Shown piece by piece: positions 19,983-33,572 of a stretch of DNA of 64,000 nucleotides; position 1 is the first letter of the stretch; each line of letters opens with the position of its first letter. Under the pieces are notes generated by a model. It had not been told where the DNA came from and did no database searches. It saw only the letters and a program-made list of their open reading frames with translations. The translations under genes and the position numbers were made by a program. The stretch is from Laetmonice hystrix (Eukaryota): assembly GCA_965235115.1 (NCBI GenBank), contig OZ249445.1:10726001-10790000 (forward strand), in the 5' to 3' direction.

Positions 19983-20205
19983 TATAGTCTGTTCGCTCTA
20001 AGAAGAGCTCGACCTCGGCCTCATTAAAGCTCTGACCTGCCCCCCTCCTCCCGTCTACCCACAGTGCACAGTTGGCGTATTACAAGTCATCACCGCCTGT
20101 CATTCAAGAATATGACCAAATTCCACGTGGTTCTGTATTACCCCAAATGAAGTAACAGCTTTAATGAGGCCGATGTCGAGCTCTTCTTAGAGCGAACAGA
20201 CTATA
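19983..20205. mobile_element. Young MITE (about 220 bp) with about 46-bp terminal inverted repeats and TA target-site duplication
   Basis: ta|tagtctgttcgctctaagaagagctcgacctcggcctcattaaagct ... agctttaatgaggccgatgtcgagctcttcttagagcgaacagacta|ta; one mismatch. Confidence 0.9.
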
Positions 20206-20305
20206 TATCAAAAGTAGGCCTACTATTTGGAGAATTTGGATGCGGCCATCTATATAATTAGGTCTAGGCCCTAACGTGTTAGGCCTAGGCCTATAGATGC
20301 ATTTT

Positions 20306-20742
20306 TAGGCTGTCCATACATTACGTAACGCCCCGGGGGTGAGGGGGTTGGGCCAAGCGTTACGGGCCATTATTATAAACTAATAAAGATCCATTGAAAG
20401 CGTTACGGGGCTGGGGGCTTTTTTCCTCCACTAAAAAAGTAGATCGCATCAACACTGGCGGATCCAGGGGCCCACCCCCTTTAAATTTTCCTATAGGGGG
20501 GTGGGGTGAAGATGCCCCTGAAACCAGGATTCCAACATAAATTTTTTTGTTAAAAGCCTCCTGTACGTGATTGTAACATCGGGCCCCTAAAAAGGCCCTC
20601 CTGAAGTCTAACAGCGACACAACTATGCCTCTGGACATGAAAAAATATTTTTAGAAGGTTTTTATCTTGTGACGGCCAGAAGGGGGGGGGGGGGCGCCCC
20701 TGCGCCCTCCCCCTGGATCCGCCACTGCTCAGGACAGCCCCT
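20306..20742. mobile_element. Harbinger-like MITE remnant, apparently interrupted by a second MITE
   Basis: Left ggctgtccatacattacgtaacg, right ggacagcccct. Confidence 0.45.
20453..20727. mobile_element. MITE with ca(g/c)tggcggatccagggg terminal inverted repeats
   Basis: cactggcggatccagggg ... cccctggatccgccactg. Confidence 0.8.
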
Positions 20743-23700
20743 GAGGCCTACTAAATGAACATCGTGTTAGGGCCTAGATCTAGATCTAGGCCTACTACCA
20801 AGACTTGGCCTAGCCCTAGGCTCTGAATCCATTCTGGAGTACGTTTCACCACCTGTCGTTAGCTTGTCGTTAACACCAATGTATTTCCAATTTTAACGCA
20901 CGACAGGATTATACGATGTTTGTGAACCAGGCATGTCTAGTTACCGCGTAGGCCTATATCCATACCATGAGATTTGTTCCCTTGAAAATGAGGCCTAGGC
21001 CTAGCGAGCGAGATAGAGTGACTGAGTGTGTGAATTGGAGGTAGAAATAGAAAGAGTTGCTGCATTTATTGCGTGGGGTTCGAGGTTCAAATCCCCTTTG
21101 GCAACCAATTTTTCTGTTAAAATTCCCCCATAGAACTTGAATTGACCATGCTCAACCTCCTAGAAATTTCTTCCCCTCACCCCCCGGTCATAGTCACACA
21201 ACTGCTTAGGTGCCCCATAGGTCCCCCCTAGATGTGCCTGGTTAAGCAGTAAATGGTAATGTGGACCCTTGCCATTGAGGTCATTTGAGGTTAAGGGAAA
21301 CTATGTGCCTCCATCCTATTCCAAATTTGAGAAGCACTTCTTGCCAGCCTAATCCCTTTACCAATAAATATGCTGCATTGCAGGGTTTTTGCAGCTACTC
21401 CAGCTGAGCCAGTGTCGCCACTCTCCCTGATTTGTCAAGCCTATAAGAATCTTTATTCTGCCAACCCGAGCTATTATGTTGACTTTTACTTTGTGAAAGA
21501 CAAGAAATTGTCTGCAGCACTATCTCAAATAAAGGACGTCTTCAGATAAATATGTATGTTTTTACCTTACAAGTGCCATGATTAGAAGACAAATCTTCGA
21601 TTCTATTAAATGCAATGGTGGTCATGAAGCTATCAATGAAATTTGTTGGATTCAGTCCAAGTCAAGCAGGACTGTGCTGAGGACAAGTAAATTCTGAAAT
21701 GCTAATGCCCTCAAAGTGGTGGCAAAGCTGATAATGGTACTTGTCTTATAGTGAACAGCTCTACATTCAAACAGCCGCTAACTGCATTTCTTGGTAATGT
21801 TGGCTGGAATGCAATTATAAAGGAAGAGCATACATGTCAAGAATCATGCATTGCAAATTACATTCTTGCTCACATTGCTTGCTTACTTGCTTGAGAGGGC
21901 TCAAAGGAAATGTCGTGATGATTAAAAAAGACCTACTATGGAGTTAATGTTGCCAAATTCATCATAATTTGACAGCTATTTGCTCTTGAATGTTGGCCCA
22001 AGGCGCTGTTATTTGACTTGCCACCCATTGGAAAGGTTTTGTCGTGTAGATTGGTTTTGGCTAGCAGGCATAACAAACAGTTAATAAAAGTGGCATATCC
22101 AAAGAGTGCTGAATCACATATCAGGTATGGCAGACCCATTCCCTGGATTCTTGAACCCGTTTGGGAAGTTATAATGCATATTCAAGGGTTGTCAGTCTTT
22201 CAAGAGTGTACTCTGTAGGATTGTAATACTTCATGACGTAGGACCACTGTCATGTACATGCAATCCCAAGTATAGTTTAGTGGAAACAAATTAGCTACAT
22301 TTTGTACCAACAGACATGAGGGAAGTGAGCCAGAGTCAGGTGTCCTAGTAACATGGCTGAATGTCCACATCAGCTGCCATTGTGTCTTAGATTGCCATAA
22401 ATAGGTGTGATAAGTTGCAGTCTCGCTTCCAGTTGCTGTGGCTGTGACTGGAGAAGTTGACTGAACATCTCTGGCAGGAGCTGAGGTGTCAAACACTCCT
22501 GCAATATTGAAACAGTTTTGTTGAAAAATAATAACCTCGCAAATTTGTTCCTAAATTGGTCAGTTCAGTATACTGTCCTTGAGGGGTATCTGCACCCTGC
22601 CAAAAGGGCGTCTGACTGTATTAGAGTTGGACCATGAGCGTCGCTCAAGGGAAAAGTTTTTACCATTAGTATAAATCTTCCAAGAAGCTAGTGTGTCACT
22701 TGAGGCTCTTTATCTAGGATCATGGCAGTCTAGTGTGATGCTGATATGAGGATTTAATGAGCGTCCCGCCTCAACACTGGGTAACTCTTACGAAGCCTCA
22801 AGCTAACGAAAATGACTGTCCGTTGCACCACTTAGATTTGGAGGATCTACTTAGTTGCATTTTAGCGTGAGGTAATGACCATACATTCGCGCGTGTTAAT
22901 ACATTCACCAGGATCATAATCTCATGTTTAGGTAGGTGGATGTTACCATAAAAACCTAATAGTCTATCAAAATTACTTTTTTTCTAAAAAGCTTGGATCC
23001 CTACTTCTTGCATAGAATAAATTATGTTAGGCAATAAGAGGTTCAGATTGGCGTTATCCCCAAACAGCACAACCCATCGAAGGTATTACAGTTCTCTTAT
23101 AGAATCGATGATGTATGGCGCTGATTATTTTTGCGAACCTAGCTAGGTCAAAACAAGTTGCGCAGTGCTGCAAATGTGAGAATTGTTCAAAGAACATTAC
23201 TGCGGTAATAATATTTTAGGATGAAGTTACTGTATATGGTTATCTTTGTACAATTCACAGGGGGCATTGCCCCTTCTGTCCACATCGGTGCCATGTCTCG
23301 TTATAAATGAAAGTAAGGTGACGTTGGTATAAAGAGCTTGATGTTAAGATTCTGCTAACATCGAGATCAACGGAATTTCCTCACAGACCTAATGAAATAG
23401 AAGTTGGACAGTAATAAATGTGTGTTTGTAAGTGAGTTAATTATTTGAGTATGGTTGCTTGTTTATTTTTTTCACTGTCGGTCATTTTGTTAAAGTTTGC
23501 AGGCGAGGATGGAGGTTGGACTCAGTTTTAGGCAGTGTTTCATGATCACTGCAAATATTGGATTTGAGGATTTGATGCTTGGAGACCCCATATCCCTTTT
23601 CCTTTAAATTACACTGAAATGCACCGAGTAAAATGTGGGATTCTGTGTGAAAATCTTATTACGTGAAAACCAATGAATTATGTCAGATTTGCAGCCTTAT

Positions 23701-26700
23701 CAAGATGTTCGAAATTCCATGCACGGATAATTTGGCCCTGTAATGTACTGCTGTGTGGTTGCTACCCAAAACATGTATCACGAAACTAATGTAAACCATG
23801 ACCCCTCGTCAGAAGGTTTGATTGAGGAGGAAGGAGTGAGGGGAATTAGGGACCAACTTTCATTTACTCAACTAAACTGGTTATTTGAGAGGTAGCGTAG
23901 AGTTCAAATTGTCTATACCGGTACATGACGGTACTGTTGGGAGAAATATGCACGTCGCAAAGCGGTATTACGGACGTTTATTATCTCGTTTTAAATTATA
24001 TTTGAGCAATAAAATCGAATGGTGGGATCCATCTGAGCATGAAGATACAGCGAGTGATTGTATTGAAGTTATTGTGCTTGCCAACAGATATTGACAGTGT
24101 TAGCAATATGGCAGCAGGATTCTATCGTGATAGAGATCAGAAAATTAGAATGAAGAAAAGTGGAAATGAAGCCAGATTAGAAATGCCAAGAATGTAGCAA
24201 AATGTTCTACTTTCGTAATTAGAGGAAGGAATTCCTCATGTATTGGACAGTTACATTTTGAAAGAGATAGCAGATTTCACGATAACGGAATGCTTTCAAA
24301 TAGCTCTCCAATAATTTTCATGAGTAGAATTAATAATATTGATTTTCTACTATCAATTCTTGAGATATAATCAGATGCCTTATCAAAGATCAATAGCCCA
24401 GGACCATTGTCAATGAGAGACAACCGTTATTTGAGCTCCTTAAGCACTTCATCAGCACCAAGTTCTCTGTAAAAGGCCGGGATGGAGGCCTTAAAGCAGG
24501 AGATGCTGGGAGAGCCACCGTTAGGGCAGTCCGTTCATGCTTAGATCTATGCCTTTTCTTTTGACCTAAGCTGTGTCCATTGACTGATACCTCGCTTCAT
24601 GCTACATGGTTCTTAAAACAAATAAAGTGACAACGACCGAGAGTCAGTTGAAAAGTTGAGACTGCAGAGGTTTTAGGAAATTTTTTTTTTTTCATTTTGT
24701 GTGGCTTTCCTTGCACGCATTGTTGCATCAGTTTGAAAGAGGATAGGCGGCCCTCCTTGCGCTGGAATCTGAGCGTAACCCATTGTAATACTACAGTTTA
24801 GTAGACAGCTGATGGGAAATTGATTTTGCTATTTAGTAGGAAAGGGCCCAATATATTGAAAGTGAGTTGGATTTGAGAATATTCTTCGTTTCTTTTGGAT
24901 GATTGGAATGAAGCGTTGGTCGGATGGGTTATTATTTGCTGTGAGACACTTTGGCTCAGGGCAATGTCAAACTTATTAACTGGAGGTATGGACGAGAGCC
25001 CTTCAAGTGGCCTTGTCCCTTGGCGTGCCACTGAAGTAAAGTGATAGACAGACCGGACCTTTTTCGGGTCAAGGGCCACGCCAGAGACATTGACGCTGGC
25101 CAACATGGTTGCCTTCTCGCTTGGTGGCAATTGTTTGCTCATCTCCCTGAAAGAAAGCGTGGCTTATGGCAGGAGAGGTCATAACTTGAGCTGTGGTCTG
25201 AAAGGGAGTCACCATGTGATCTCTGTTACGGCTTCTTCTCAGACGTGCAGAGCTGATCTACCAGTAAGAGTGCTGTGATCATAGTAGGAAACTTTTCATT
25301 CCTTATATTAATTGTATTCCACCTCAATGTTTCCCCCTAACGATAGCATATAAAAAGGGGAAGCTGGGTCTGAAGATTATGGGATACATAATGGCCCTCA
25401 AAAGCCTTTTAGAACCAAAGTGCCTGCTCAGTGGCGGGGCATTCAACGTCAGATGAATTGCCCTTACATACCATCTTGGCCCTCTGTCTTTTATAAGGAA
25501 TACGATAAAGTGCAGATGTATTAAATGTACATTATACACATTATTGATTGTATTTCACATCCCTGAGTTAAATGAGTTGAATAAGAAGGTTTCTTATTCA
25601 ATCCCGAAAGATTGCTCTCCCATAGTCGTTTATCATCGTGCTATCAAGGCTCCAGGGTCGTCCTCAAACGTGTAAAGGCCTCTTCAGTAACCACCAGTGG
25701 ATCCAGAGGGGTCTCTTGCAATTGCCTCAGGGTTGGACAGTGCGCAGAAACCTAGACGCCGCAAAATAGAAGTGACCACTGAGAGACCTGCCAATTCAGT
25801 TGGAAACAACTTCGGCATCGATCAGACAGTTGGGGTGCAGCTTCGTGGGCCAGGAGACCCAGTGCTCAATTAGCATATCTTTGTCTATACCTTACAGGAA
25901 ATAGACCTATGTGGCCAAATTTATGTTCTTATAAGTTGATTTATGCTATGAGCAACGAATGTGCGAGCTGTGCAAAACTTCCAATGTATTTGGAGTGAGC
26001 AATGATCTCTACTTCCGTACCCAGTAATCATCAGTTGGGATGGAATCTTTAGGGACGGTAGAAAATAATGGTGTTGTGGGAGAGACCGAGAAAAGGAGCC
26101 CATTGCGGGTATTGATAACAGCAATGACAATGACACGGCTAATTTGTTTTTGGAATGTCCAAGACCCTGTTTTTCTTTCTTACGTTTGCCCCACATATAT
26201 TATCTTACCCTTGAGCTTGGATATGTCGATCTTTGGATCACATAAAGGCATTTTTCTCACCCTAAATGGAACTCTAAAGTGAATGTACTCACTTGTAAAA
26301 CGTCAAAGCCTCAAATATTCTTAAGCATCAAGGTTACCATAGGATCATTATTATATTATAACATTATTAGACTAGCCATGCTTTGATGTCAATTACCTGA
26401 TATGAGGAGATGTCATGTTATGAGGAGATATGAACTGTGAGAGATCATTTAGGAGCGTTTTTCTGTATCGTGCTACTCCGTATCCAATTTAGACGGTGCT
26501 TGGGGCCGTAACAGATAATTAGGCGTGTGATGCCATTCTAAGGTCACGGTGAATAGGTGCAGTTAGATGGAATTGCGTTCAGAAGGCAACAATTGCAAAG
26601 ACATTTTAGAAAGTGATGTGTAGGAAAGTAACGTCATGGCCATCAAGTATAGATGCTACTGGTCACGGAATTAACGTAACCAGCGAGTAAAAAAAGGTAC

Positions 26701-29700
26701 AAATCTTTGAATAACTTTCAATCCGTTGCAATTCAATTCAAATGCTCGTTTATGGAGTCAGTGGCATGTCTACAACAAGTCAGTTTGCCAGTTCATCTAA
26801 CATGAAAGCTGTATCCTATGGGATGACTCTTAGTCTTAACGAACAATATTTAAGTACCCACTTGCCTCATAGTTGCTTTACTTTACGGTTCTAGTCCTAC
26901 ATCAAGGAAATCGATGCTAGGAGAATCCCTGGATTTCTCACTACACAGATTAAAATCAAATCTCACGAGACCCTACTTTGAGTTATGGTCATAATGTTTT
27001 ATCTTTTGTGTGTAATATCAGATTAAAAGGCAGCACTTCTGCTGTCGGAGGAATCAAGGATCAATCAATGTTCCCAGAGGGCACATCCAAGAGTCCTTGG
27101 CTAGGGGTCTCTTGCTCTGGTCACATCCTGGCTGCAAGGAATGCCATTTAGCAGTCAATTGATAGCCATACATTTTACATTAGTGGCCTCATCAGACAAA
27201 TGGCTCATGACAGAAGAACGCTCTGTAGGTGGCAGCCAAAATGGATAGCAACAGACAAGGGATCTGCCGTGTAATTTGTGGTCATTTTATGGCTGTGCCA
27301 AGCTCCAGAAGTCAATATCTGATGTGGAGGTGCCCACGAAAGTTTCATGCTTTAGGTATCGATGTTCACATTGACGAGAAGATGAGGCTAGGCAGACTAT
27401 AGAGACCAAAGATAAATGCTTGATTCTGTTGATGTCAATTTTTAGCCGACTTTTTCACGACATTGTATAGAGAAGGGAGACGGTTGATGAAATCCACTTG
27501 GCTGGTATCATTTTACTGTGTTCGGATTACATTTGTTCGCTAAATTTTTCAAGGTATCAAAAGGTTCTCTATGCGCGGCAAGGTAAAGTGGTTGGGTTTC
27601 TAAAATTGTGCTTCAAAAACCTCTTAGCTGCCCCTGTGAAACATGAAACATCCACATTGATTTTCTGGGGGGTCTTCAATGGATCGTACTTTAGATGATG
27701 CCCAAAGCTTTAACATATCCGTTAGTAGCAAATCATTGCCGTCCACCTTTCGTTTGCTGCAGACACTCTCAACCTCAACTCCTATTGTGATTTCAGAAAG
27801 AAAAATATACGGGTCACATGGCCCCATGGTAAGATAGTCAGCCTCCCGGCGAAAAATGTCAAAGAAAAACAATCAGTGCAGAGACAAGAAGTCCTTCTGG
27901 GGGTACTGGCATCCATTTTCCCTGTTCCTATACTGGCATGTCGCCAAAGTGCCATATCTGTAAGGGATGCTGCAAGTAATGCGTCGTGACAAAACCAGCC
28001 AATATCGGTATATGTCATTCTTTACATTCTGATGTGCAGGCAGTCAGAGACCAAAATACATTCATAAGCACATCAACTTAAAGATGTCCAGTTCATTGAA
28101 ATGAATGCGAGATTTCTCAACATTCAATTATGTACCATGCACATTGTTTAATTGACATACGGTATGAATATAACATGCTAGGGGAAGCTGGGATTGCATC
28201 ATTAGATCTAATACCTCCACATTAATACTGCTGTTGTTAATAATAGAACAGATTCATGTCAACGGCCAATATGCTATTTGCTACCACTCGAGCAATTTTA
28301 GAGCCTTTCTGTAAATTGCATTGCGCAGCAGCAACCCTGTGGAGACACGTTTTTCCCGGCAGCATGTGACCTAATGAAATACTAGAGATAATAAATGGAA
28401 GCACCAGTGATGAGCACTTGGCGGAGAATAAATCCGTGGTAGATAGCTAAGATGATCAAGAGATAATGTGGGGGACCTGTTCAAACTGAATCCTTGATCT
28501 AAAATATAAGCTTCCATGATCAGTTGATGTCTAAAGCTACAGGCAATATCTAACACGCTTTTGTTGATCAAAAATGGTTATGCGTGAAATAATGACATTT
28601 GTAGCAATATCATAATGTCAGTGTACAAGAGGGATTATTTGTAAGTCAGAACCATTTTTTCTGCAAAGGATCAGCTTGTGGGGCACAGAATTTATCTTAT
28701 TCAAATATTTGGTTATTCTGAGGGCATATCGGTGTATCGGTTATATTTTAAGATATTGGCTTATGAAACGTATTGGCTTATAAAGTGTACCTGACCCAAA
28801 CTCTGAAAGCTATGTTGTATGCGAGACAGTTCCAGCCCAGCAGAGCCTTTCAGGGGAATATAGGCATTGTGGAATAGAGCCCTTGAATCAACCGGAATCA
28901 ATTTGAATTGACAAGCGCCTGAATTCTGGACTGTTGGGTCCCATAAGGCCTCATTCTCGTGGCCAGGGGAGCATGTAGGAGAAACTCCAGGCGCATGATA
29001 ATCACGAAATAAGTCGTGTAATCTTCACTGAGATGATAAGGTTCATTTATAACAATTTAGTGTATGGTGATATGAAATATAAAATCCCCGACGGATTTGA
29101 CATTTCCCAGGGCATGTTCGTTGCATTCAGTGCAATTATAATGAGAAATGGGGAATAGGGCTTGAATAGGTTCACACGTGTATGGTCCACTTGAAAATAA
29201 CTCCCTGAACAATAATAGTAGCTTTGTGTTGTAAACTACGTCTTTGTTATTTTCTTTAAAAATTACTTCGAATTATTTCAATGAAAAGGGGGTTAAGGGA
29301 CAGCAATCCCAACTTTATGACACGTCTTAGATGTCTCAGAACTAGGCTAAAACTATCACGGATACGTTATGGAGGTTCTGGGATCCTGGGCAACTGTCCA
29401 ATATTTGAATTAGACTAGCCTTGTCTGGCTGCAGCCTGGAAGGCATGACGCTATTACCATGAATGTGTGTCTCTGCAAGCTTTCAAACATCATCAAGCTG
29501 ATACTGTTAGCATCGTAAAGATATTTGTTGCCAAATGCAAATCAATATTCGTATTCTTTATATGAATTCAGTAGGATTTGTTGACACATTCACCAGTCAG
29601 CTGAAATTGGATCCCATTAGAAGACGGACGAACATAATTGGAAAAAGTTTCAACCAAATAAGTTGGGAAGGGGGATAGGATGGAGCTAACATGAGATGGC

Positions 29701-30295
29701 GGTTCCTTGACGGTGACTTGACTGAACATGGAGAATGGCTTGAAAGGAACGGTGTAAGATCAAAGACATGCACTGGAAATGTTCTTACGGCAAGCCTTGC
29801 ACAAACACTCACATCCAAAGTAGCCGTAATTTTGGGGGGAGAAGCATTGTGTTTAGTACCATTAGGAAGATCAATATTCATCAAGCCTGTTTTATACGCT
29901 CTGGCAAAGTTCTTAAAGATACTATTTGGGAAATGTACCATGGGCCCTGGTGATACTAATGAGTGATATCGTGAAGTGCAGAGGTGATATGGTTTTATAT
30001 ATTGCATCATTAGTAGCTTCACATGTCGTGCTGAACGCGCCGTTCGTAAGGAATGTAGATAAAATCTCGGAACCTACTGGAGAAGGTCATTTGCAGGCTG
30101 TGACCCCAAGAAGGCCACAGAGATTTTTGTGGACCCACTAAAAGATTAGATTCTACTTTGATGTCACAAAATTGCTACCCGTAACTGCAACACTCATGGC
30201 CGCAAGAAAAGTAAACGGCTCACGATGGCAACATAGCTTGCTCCATTCCACTTGTGTAATATACAGTATTGGTATTTGGAAATCAGCATGAAAAA

Positions 30296-30746
30296 GTGAT
30301 TAGGGCCCTATATATACCCCACCTGCCTGTAGTGATTAGGAACCTATATACCCCACCTGACTGTAGTGATTAGGCCCATATACCCCACCTGACTGTATTT
30401 TTCTTTTGAAATGCACGGGCATCAGGGGTAACCCAATTACTTTGACAATGTCCCTAAAGAGAAAAGTTGTATAGTCCTCAACAGGAATCGAACCCCGGCC
30501 CCAAGATTACTGCACCCTTTCGCATAGCATAAGGTGTCGACACCCATGCCCACTAGGCCACCGCCACTCCCGACGATTAGGTCCCTATATACCCCACCTG
30601 GCTGTAGTGATTAGGTCCCTATATAGTATATACCCCACCTGGCTGTAGTGATTAGGGCCCTATATACCATACCTGACTGTAGTGATTAGGCCTATATACC
30701 CCACCTGACTGTAGTGATGAGGCCCCTATATACGCCACCTGCCTGT
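30296..30746. repeat. Minisatellite, about 33-bp unit (gattaggNccctatataccccacctgNctgtagt), 3 copies left and 5 right of a SINE
   Basis: Direct tandem copies at 30296-30397 and 30572-30746. Confidence 0.9.
30398..30571 (-). mobile_element. tRNA-derived SINE
   Basis: Minus strand: A box GTGGCCTAGTGG (30561-30550), B box GGTTCGATTCC (30494-30484), A-rich tail caaaagaaaaa; no full cloverleaf. Confidence 0.7.
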
Positions 30747-33504
30747 GAGTCGGTTATTCATTACAACTTGGATTCATCCTCGAGAAAAGTTTTACATAGC
30801 TCAACCGCCCCAAACCTCTCCAACTATCTCACGGGGTCTGGTCTCCCGCTGCTCTCTAATTAGGGGATGAAATAATTAAGTATTCAGGAACGATGCTCCC
30901 AAGCTAAAAGAGGTGTGAAAAGACACTATTCATTTGCAATATGGTTTTACTATTAAGCAGCGTATCCTGGCTCTCTGGCTGTGTTGAACTTGTAGTTTGT
31001 TGGGCCGTCTTGCAGTTGGAGCCTGACTGTCTGTGGTAGATTATAGGGAGCTCGCCAACAATAACAACTGCTTTAAATGCCCTTCGCCCCTCCTGGGATA
31101 CTGATCAAAATATATTGCTATCATGCAACTCTTCATGTGGAAAGTTGGTTCGTTTCTCATTAGATCTCAAACCCGACATTAGCTTTGAAAGCTTCCTCTA
31201 CAGAAGCTCTCTTCCTTATGCACATTTTCATTTAGCTGATTACTGCCCGAATCCGTATAGGCAATATGGAGTGGTGGCTGTGTAGGTCCGAAGGCACAGC
31301 CTTACAAACTGATAATGTTTCCATGTAAACACGTCAGGAAGAGCGAGACGCGATTGTATGCGGTGTACTGCTGCGATGTCCGGGAAGATGCACTCAGTGG
31401 GGAACCCTTTCCATTCCAGTGCAATTGTAAGCCAAATTGATTATACTTTATGGTGGCATGCAAGATTGGTTTTTGTGCTAATTAGAGGCTTGACTGATTC
31501 CAGGATCTGTGTTCTACTGACTGGTCGAATGCTCCAATGACTGCGTCATTATCATCAGGTGGCAACCTGAGGGCATCAGGAGTAAGGAGCCATCGGTCGT
31601 TATGAAGGTCACTGAGACGCTGGATCCCCGCAAAATATGCAGGTCACCTGGGATTAGCAGGTAGGATTGGTGGCTTCCTTCACACCCTTAACAATAAATG
31701 TAAGAATATAATTTTACAATGTAGTATTTGATTTCCAATGAAAGTGTTATTTCTATGTGATATGTTTTCTGATGCACAGTCTAACCGCGCTTTATAGACT
31801 ATGTTAGTAAACAGAAGTAGGATGCATGATCAAATTATGCCATGTTTGTAGATATCTGCTGCATGTCAGAACTACTATCTTTTGTACAACCACCAGCCAG
31901 CTGTCTGTTGGAGATATGCCGTTACTGCAGTGTTGTTTTGCGCCGCTCCACTGACCATGCATTATAGATCCTGACATATAAATTGAGAAAATAGCAATGA
32001 AATGAAGTTCCACATTTGCTTCCTTCATTCTTGTTCCATTCTGCCTTTTTACTTTGGCAGAAATAAACGCTCCTGTTAAATGTTTACATGTTTCCACAAA
32101 CAGGGAAGGTGTGGCCCCAGTTTCTACAGAATTTAGTATACCTCCTCAGTAGGTTTACTCTGCCCAACCATGCTCATTCATAAGTCGCCCATCAGTTATG
32201 AGGAAAACAATAATTTCCTCATATTTTGACGACTTTCCATGCGCGAATGTTATCAATATGGAACCCATCAATAAATAAAATTAATATAGGCAATAAAGGT
32301 AAAGTGCCGCGGTTAAGAAAATATCACTGTTATCGAGGCACTTTGCTCCATTCAATTCAATTCGCTAAAGAAGACAACCAATGAAAAGGCACAGTAGTGG
32401 CATGACATCTTTTTTCTGCGGCATCCTGAAGATATCTTATATCGAATCAACGTGATAACAGCGAAAAGTACCAGAAAATGGATGAGAGTGAAGGGTTCGA
32501 GATAGTCTGTTAACGAGGTAAGTAAACGTTCTTTAGATTTTTTAAAGGATTTGCCCAGTTTGAAGATGTAGATTGTTTTTAATCATTAATGAAATACCAG
32601 TTACTCTAGAGACAGTTAAGAAAAGTGTCAAGGAATTGAACAGACCGTGTGAGTGAGAACTTGTTCGTTGCCAGGGTGACAGTCCGATGGCCTAACTTCC
32701 TGTATCTGAAGGGCATCAGTGGTGGCCAGAATGGGTCAGATGACATTATTTAAGACAGGTCACTAGGACACCCTGAAAATCCTCGTGATGTGTGATCTTT
32801 GAAGTCCAGGCAAAATGGAGGAGGATTGCAGGCAGGTCCAGATTGGTTTTTGGTAGATATTGGCAGCAGCTCTGCCTTAGTGGTGAGATGGCAGTAATCT
32901 GTGACCAGCTGTCTACACGAGGGTTACTATCGGCTTTGTGGTGCCACAGGAGGCAGCAACTGCAGCTCCCCAGCCACCAATAAATGCTATCAAGCCTCAC
33001 TCGCATGCTGGTATAGGCACAGGGATTGACATGTGCTGGCATCAACTGTCTTGGGCTTTATAGCCCGAATTTCTTTCACTTGATGAAGTTCCAGTTTAAA
33101 TCTGTTCATGCTCGATAGAGTGTTCCAAGTATATTATCAATATCGTGCTTCTTGGCTGTGGTAGTCAAGTCAATGGAGACATTTGAAAGAGATGTATAAA
33201 TAAATGGGAGTATTTATTGAAAATTAGAAAGAAACTATCTGACAATGGATCATTTATTCAAACTGAATTTTAGAACTTAGAACTTTTAGAAAATGGGAAT
33301 AGCAGCCCAAGTCAAAAATTGGCCACGTGCCTCTCAAACAAAAATAATTCGGGACATAAATAATTTTCAACCTCAATTGCATGGATTTATAACGGAATAG
33401 ATTCGTTTGAATCAAACAATTGACATTTCCGGAACTTCTTTTCAGGTTATTGATAGTCAGTAAAATATTATACTCTCTATAGCCTTAACTTTTCAATTTT
33501 ACAG

Positions 33505-33572
33505 GAGGACGGAACCAGTCAGTGACACGTCATCTCTCTCCAGATATAACGCTTTCAGTGCACATTACCCAG
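33505..33572 (+). other. Candidate internal (probably 5' UTR) exon of the downstream transcription unit
   Basis: ttttcaattttacag| acceptor and CAG|gtaacg donor; no ATG. Confidence 0.35.

Noticed and set aside
21060-21115. tRNA-like B box (ggttcaaatccc)
   Set aside because: No A box at proper spacing and no cloverleaf; at most a SINE fragment
30296-30746. CRISPR-like 33-bp repeat array
   Set aside because: Repeats are directly adjacent with no unique spacers, there are no cas genes, and the context is eukaryotic
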